Positions 60,356 to 64,000 of a DNA stretch of 64,000 nt are shown piece after piece. Where the stretch lies: the NCBI GenBank assembly GCA_048887225.1, contig JBHLJY010000007.1:62021-126020 (forward strand), written 5' to 3'. The notes below the pieces were generated by a model. The model made no database searches, had not been told where the DNA came from, and worked only from the letters and a program-made list of their open reading frames with translations. A program made the position numbers and the translations under genes. The stretch comes from Candidatus Hodarchaeota archaeon (GTDB lineage Archaea; Asgardarchaeota; Lokiarchaeia; Sigyniarchaeales; SOKP01). Position 1 is the stretch's first letter; each line of letters begins with the position of its first letter.

Positions 60356-61441
60356 TTAATTTATTTCTAATCCAAAATCCGGTAATGGTTTTTCAAAAAC
60401 CCAATGGATTTCTTTGGGTAAATCATGATAATCTAATTTTGCTAAAATATCCGAAAAATCTCGGCTATTGTAGGTATTCCAGAATAATATGGTTTTGTCT
60501 TTTACGGATTTTTTATTCTTTCGGACAAATCCTAATAATGCTGCGAATGTTTTTCCTGTGTAAGTTGGTTCAAGTTTAATACCCTCTTTTTCTTTAATGA
60601 GTTTAATAGCATTGATTCCTTCTCGAGTTGGTAGACCATATTCACCTCCAAAATAATCCTCATCAAAATATAAATGGTCTAATAACACCTTAGGCATAGT
60701 TTTATTATGTTCCGATAATAATTTCCAGGTTTTTTTTGTCAATCTACGCACTCTATTTGAACTGCTATAAGCAGAGAAAGAAACCTGTACTGTGTGGATT
60801 TTTGTTTTTAATTCAGCAATTTTAACTCCTAATAATAAGCCTGCTGCAGTTCCAGAGGATCCACTTGCAACAAATAGATAATCTGGTTCTGGTATATCGC
60901 CATTATTAACTTGATTTTTTAATTCAAGTGCCGCATTTACAAACCCTAGAGTTCCTAGAGGCGTGCTACCACCCGGAACCATAGGATAAACATCAGGATC
61001 TCTCGGCATTTTATTATATTCATCAGTATAGAAAATCTCATTTTTAAAATACAAGTCAAGCAATAAGTTATTTCTCACGAGAGTTGTGATTGGTTGATCA
61101 ATCAATACTGCCATTGGTTTCATGTTTAATTGACTACAAAATATTGCGTTTGCAACACAGTGATTGGAACCAAGACCGCCTGCTGTCATTACTTTTTTAT
61201 ATCCCATATCCCTAGCTTCTGCAAGAATAAATTCAAGTTTTCGGACTTTATTACCTCCGTAGAGAGGGGAAGAGAGGTTGTCACACTTCACCCAAAGCGA
61301 ATTAATACCCAGTTTTTTTTCTATAGTAGTAAGTTTTTTGACAGGCGTTCTTAAGGGAGCAAGCTTTATCCAAGGGATATTAGATTCTAGATCTGGGTAT
61401 TTTTCGAATAAAAGTGGTTTTTTTCGGTTTTCCGGCATCAA
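60356..61441 (-). CDS. D-cysteine desulfhydrase / ACC deaminase family PLP enzyme
   Basis: K.D.L....GGNKVRKLEF, GSNH, GGS..LG..G, GSSGT.AG, LEP.YTGK. Confidence 0.92.
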   Translation of the reverse strand: MMPENRKKPLLFEKYPDLESNIPWIKLAPLRTPVKKLTTIEKKLGINSLWVKCDNLSSPLYGGNKVRKLEFILAEARDMGYKKVMTAGGLGSNHCVANAIFCSQLNMKPMAVLIDQPITTLVRNNLLLDLYFKNEIFYTDEYNKMPRDPDVYPMVPGGSTPLGTLGFVNAALELKNQVNNGDIPEPDYLFVASGSSGTAAGLLLGVKIAELKTKIHTVQVSFSAYSSSNRVRRLTKKTWKLLSEHNKTMPKVLLDHLYFDEDYFGGEYGLPTREGINAIKLIKEKEGIKLEPTYTGKTFAALLGFVRKNKKSVKDKTILFWNTYNSRDFSDILAKLDYHDLPKEIHWVFEKPLPDFGLEIN

Positions 61442-61489
61442 TTAATTACACTAAATCGTTTAAGCTTTAACTTATATTAGATTCTTTAA

Positions 61490-63313
61490 TCATTTTAAAT
61501 TTTTTACTATAATTTTTGCAGTTTTTTTACCCACAATCAGAACTAATTCATCAAACGAAGCTTTCTTTACACCCTCAACGCTTCCAAAATGTTTTAATAA
61601 CTTATTTCTCGTAGCAGGTCCAATTCCCTTAATATTATCTAAAATAGAACTCCTCATCCTCTTTGCTCTCTGTTTTTTATGCAATTTTACAGCAAATCTA
61701 TGAGCTTCATCTCTTACTCTTTGAAATAACTTCAAAACAGGAGAGTTTTTAGGTAAAACTATTGGCTTTTTCTCTCCTGACACGTAAATTTCTTCAAGTT
61801 TTTTTGCTAAACCAATCGTAGGGATGTTCTGTACTCCTAAATTTTCTAAAATGCTAACTGCCGCATTTAATTGACCTTTGCCCCCATCAACTAATATTAA
61901 ATCAGGTAATTCCCAACCTCTCTCCAAAACTTTAGTATATCTCCTTTCAATAACTTCTTTCATCATCGCAACATCGTCAGGCGTTGATTTAGAACGAATT
62001 TTAAAATAGCGATAATTCTTATTATATGGGTTTCCTTCAAGAAAGTAGACCAATGAACCAGTAGCATAGGTTCCCTCAATGTTGGAAATATCAAATCCTT
62101 CAATGATTCTTGGTATATTTGGTAGTTTTAAAATTTCTTTTGCTAATTCTAACGTTTTTTTAACTTGGTCCTCTTCTTTCTGTTTAATTTTTTCCATTTC
62201 TATTTGTTGATTGACCATAACTTTCGCGTTCTTTGTCGCAATGCTCATTAACGCAATCTCATAATCTGAAGGGGTTCTAATTTGGAGATTACCTTTAGTT
62301 TCTTTTAAAATTTCATTTAAAACATTAACTCCACTATATAATTCTGGAATTACAATATTATCAGGTAGATTAAATTTAATATCTTGATAATATTGTTCTA
62401 AAAAGGAAGAAAGTATTTCTTCTTCTAGGATTACTTTATTTCTTAAATCTAATTTAAATGAGCTTTTATTTGTAATTTTTCCTTCACGAATGTGAATAAT
62501 TACTGAAGCAGCATAGTTTTTTTCATTAAAATAACCAATAATATCTTTGTTTTCTTCGTGATCTAACAAAACATGTTGACTAGCAGTTGAGTGCTCTATG
62601 GCTTCGAGCTTATCTCTCCAATGAGCAGCTATCTCAAAATTCTGTGCTTTAGCAGCTTTTTCCATTTTCTTTTTAATTTGGTACATTAATTCTTCAGTTT
62701 CACCTTTTAAAAAAAGTTCAATTTTTTTTACATTTTCTAAATATTCTTCTTTATTTATGGCATCAATACATGGACCAGGACAAAGTTTTAACTGATAATA
62801 TAAGCATGGCCTATCTTTTTTTCTCACTTTTTTATTACATGAACAATATGGAAATATTTTCCTTAGATCCCTTAAGATTCTTCTAATTTCTTTTTTATCT
62901 GTAAAAGGACCTAAAAAAAGATTTTCTTGCGAATACCATTGTGGATTTCTAAGTATTCGAATCCGTGGGAATTCTTCCGAATAGAAAATTGCTACCCATG
63001 GATATGATTTAGAATCTCGCATAATAACATTATAACGAGGTTGATGCGTTTTTATTTGAATATTTTCCAGTATTGAAGCTTCTTTTTCATTATCAGTAAC
63101 GATAAATTCAATCGATTTTATTCTTTTTACTAAATCTCTAATTTTTTCTTCATAATACGGATCAATATAGCTTGATTTTACAAAATATTGAGAAACTCTT
63201 TTTTTAAGACTGCGAGCTTTACCTATATATATAATATCTTCATTTACATCTTTAAAAAAATAAACACCTGGTTCATTTGGCAAACTTTTTCTCTGTAATT
63301 CTAAGTCAGGCAT
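61490..63313 (-). CDS. uvrC: Excinuclease ABC subunit C
   Basis: GVY..IYIGKA GIY-YIG domain, Cys cluster, UVR domain, EGFDISN, DGGKGQ, RDEAHRFA, HhH GIG. Confidence 0.97.
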   Translation of the reverse strand: MPDLELQRKSLPNEPGVYFFKDVNEDIIYIGKARSLKKRVSQYFVKSSYIDPYYEEKIRDLVKRIKSIEFIVTDNEKEASILENIQIKTHQPRYNVIMRDSKSYPWVAIFYSEEFPRIRILRNPQWYSQENLFLGPFTDKKEIRRILRDLRKIFPYCSCNKKVRKKDRPCLYYQLKLCPGPCIDAINKEEYLENVKKIELFLKGETEELMYQIKKKMEKAAKAQNFEIAAHWRDKLEAIEHSTASQHVLLDHEENKDIIGYFNEKNYAASVIIHIREGKITNKSSFKLDLRNKVILEEEILSSFLEQYYQDIKFNLPDNIVIPELYSGVNVLNEILKETKGNLQIRTPSDYEIALMSIATKNAKVMVNQQIEMEKIKQKEEDQVKKTLELAKEILKLPNIPRIIEGFDISNIEGTYATGSLVYFLEGNPYNKNYRYFKIRSKSTPDDVAMMKEVIERRYTKVLERGWELPDLILVDGGKGQLNAAVSILENLGVQNIPTIGLAKKLEEIYVSGEKKPIVLPKNSPVLKLFQRVRDEAHRFAVKLHKKQRAKRMRSSILDNIKGIGPATRNKLLKHFGSVEGVKKASFDELVLIVGKKTAKIIVKNLK

Positions 63314-63376
63314 ATTTCTTAGGTAGTCTTAATAGGCATCTCTATTTTGAATATCTCTAATATACTTTTATTGTAA

Positions 63377-63399
63377 TAGATATATCTCTATTATATCTA
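63377..63399. promoter_or_regulatory. 8-7-8 inverted repeat just upstream of the recombinase TATA box (att/dif-like site or operator)
   Basis: TAGATATA-TCTCTAT-TATATCTA; TTTAAATA at 63404-63411. Confidence 0.45.
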
Positions 63400-63433
63400 A
63401 GAGTTTAAATATTTTGTAACTATATATTTTGTT

Positions 63434-64000
63434 ATGAGCTATAATGATGCAATTGATAAATATATTAATGAGGAATTAACACATTTAAAAAACAATAGTA
63501 AAACTGTTAGAAAGTCATATTTGAAAAACTTCTTTTTGAATATTGATTATAAAACAGATTTCAATGAACAAGATGTTATTAATTTTTTTAATTCTGATTA
63601 TTTCATGTCAAAATCGGTTCCAACTAAAAATTTTTTCAAAATAACTCTAAAATCTTTTACTAAATGGAAAGGAATTAAGATTTCAAGTAATTTATTTAAG
63701 AAATGTAAAGAAATTAATAGAGTTATGAAAAAATCCGATTTATTAACTAAAGGAGAAATTAAATTAATTTTAAAAAATCTAAACAGGCCTATTGAAAAAG
63801 CAATTTTTATGTTATTACTTGAATCAAGATGCAGAAAGGCGGAATTAATTGAACTCAAGATCGGAGATATTGCATTTTATGATTCTTATGCTATGGTTTA
63901 TATTAGAAAATCAAAAACATCTCAGAGGAATATTCCTATTGTAGAATCAATTCCTTATTTAATGCGATATTTAGAAGATCATCCATTTAGAGAAGAACCA
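63434..64000 (+). CDS. Tyrosine recombinase/integrase, runs off the window end (absent from the ORF track)
   Basis: Manual translation is open for the whole span: MSYNDAIDKYI...LLTKGEI...AIFMLLLESRCRKAELIELKIGDI...KSKTSQRNIP...YLEDHP (Box I Arg and catalytic Lys). Confidence 0.88.
   Translation, partial: MSYNDAIDKYINEELTHLKNNSKTVRKSYLKNFFLNIDYKTDFNEQDVINFFNSDYFMSKSVPTKNFFKITLKSFTKWKGIKISSNLFKKCKEINRVMKKSDLLTKGEIKLILKNLNRPIEKAIFMLLLESRCRKAELIELKIGDIAFYDSYAMVYIRKSKTSQRNIPIVESIPYLMRYLEDHPFREEP

Noticed and set aside
1057-61354. Numerous 60-165 aa ORFs overlapping well-supported genes (e.g. 1548-1877, 13448-13945, 18076-18516, 34211-34579, 40843-41253)
   Set aside because: Antisense or off-frame shadows without motifs or independent expression signals
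63598-63858. Minus-strand 86-aa ORF
   Set aside because: Antisense shadow of the tyrosine recombinase

Overview
AT-rich archaeal chromosomal segment, almost certainly from an Asgard archaeon of the Lokiarchaeia type. Markers are a Loki-type profilin, five Rab-like small GTPases, longin-like and V4R proteins, eL38/eL40, TBP, thermosome, Cdc48, PSTK and the tetraether synthase Tes. Most of 1-53.9 kb is housekeeping genes mixed with eukaryotic-signature genes. The most unusual part is an accessory island at about 53.7-59.5 kb. There, three unrelated co-oriented single genes are separated by a recurring ~130-150 bp module (terminator, 25-bp core, TATA box, GGGTGA leader), giving an integron-like cassette array without canonical attC sites. 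Next to it is a 208-bp direct repeat bracketing a chimeric gene with an AT-rich leader and a GC-rich SGNH body. A tyrosine recombinase missed by the ORF track starts at 63434, behind a palindrome that shares an arm motif with the cassette core. Other notable items: two Rab-V4R-Rab gene modules, a 10 x 35-aa repeat protein with a 3-unit super-repeat, a 119-nt structured intergenic RNA candidate, and several genes that appear to start at ATA/ATC/ATT. No rRNA, tRNA or CRISPR array was seen. All family calls come from motif recognition by eye; no database searches were run.
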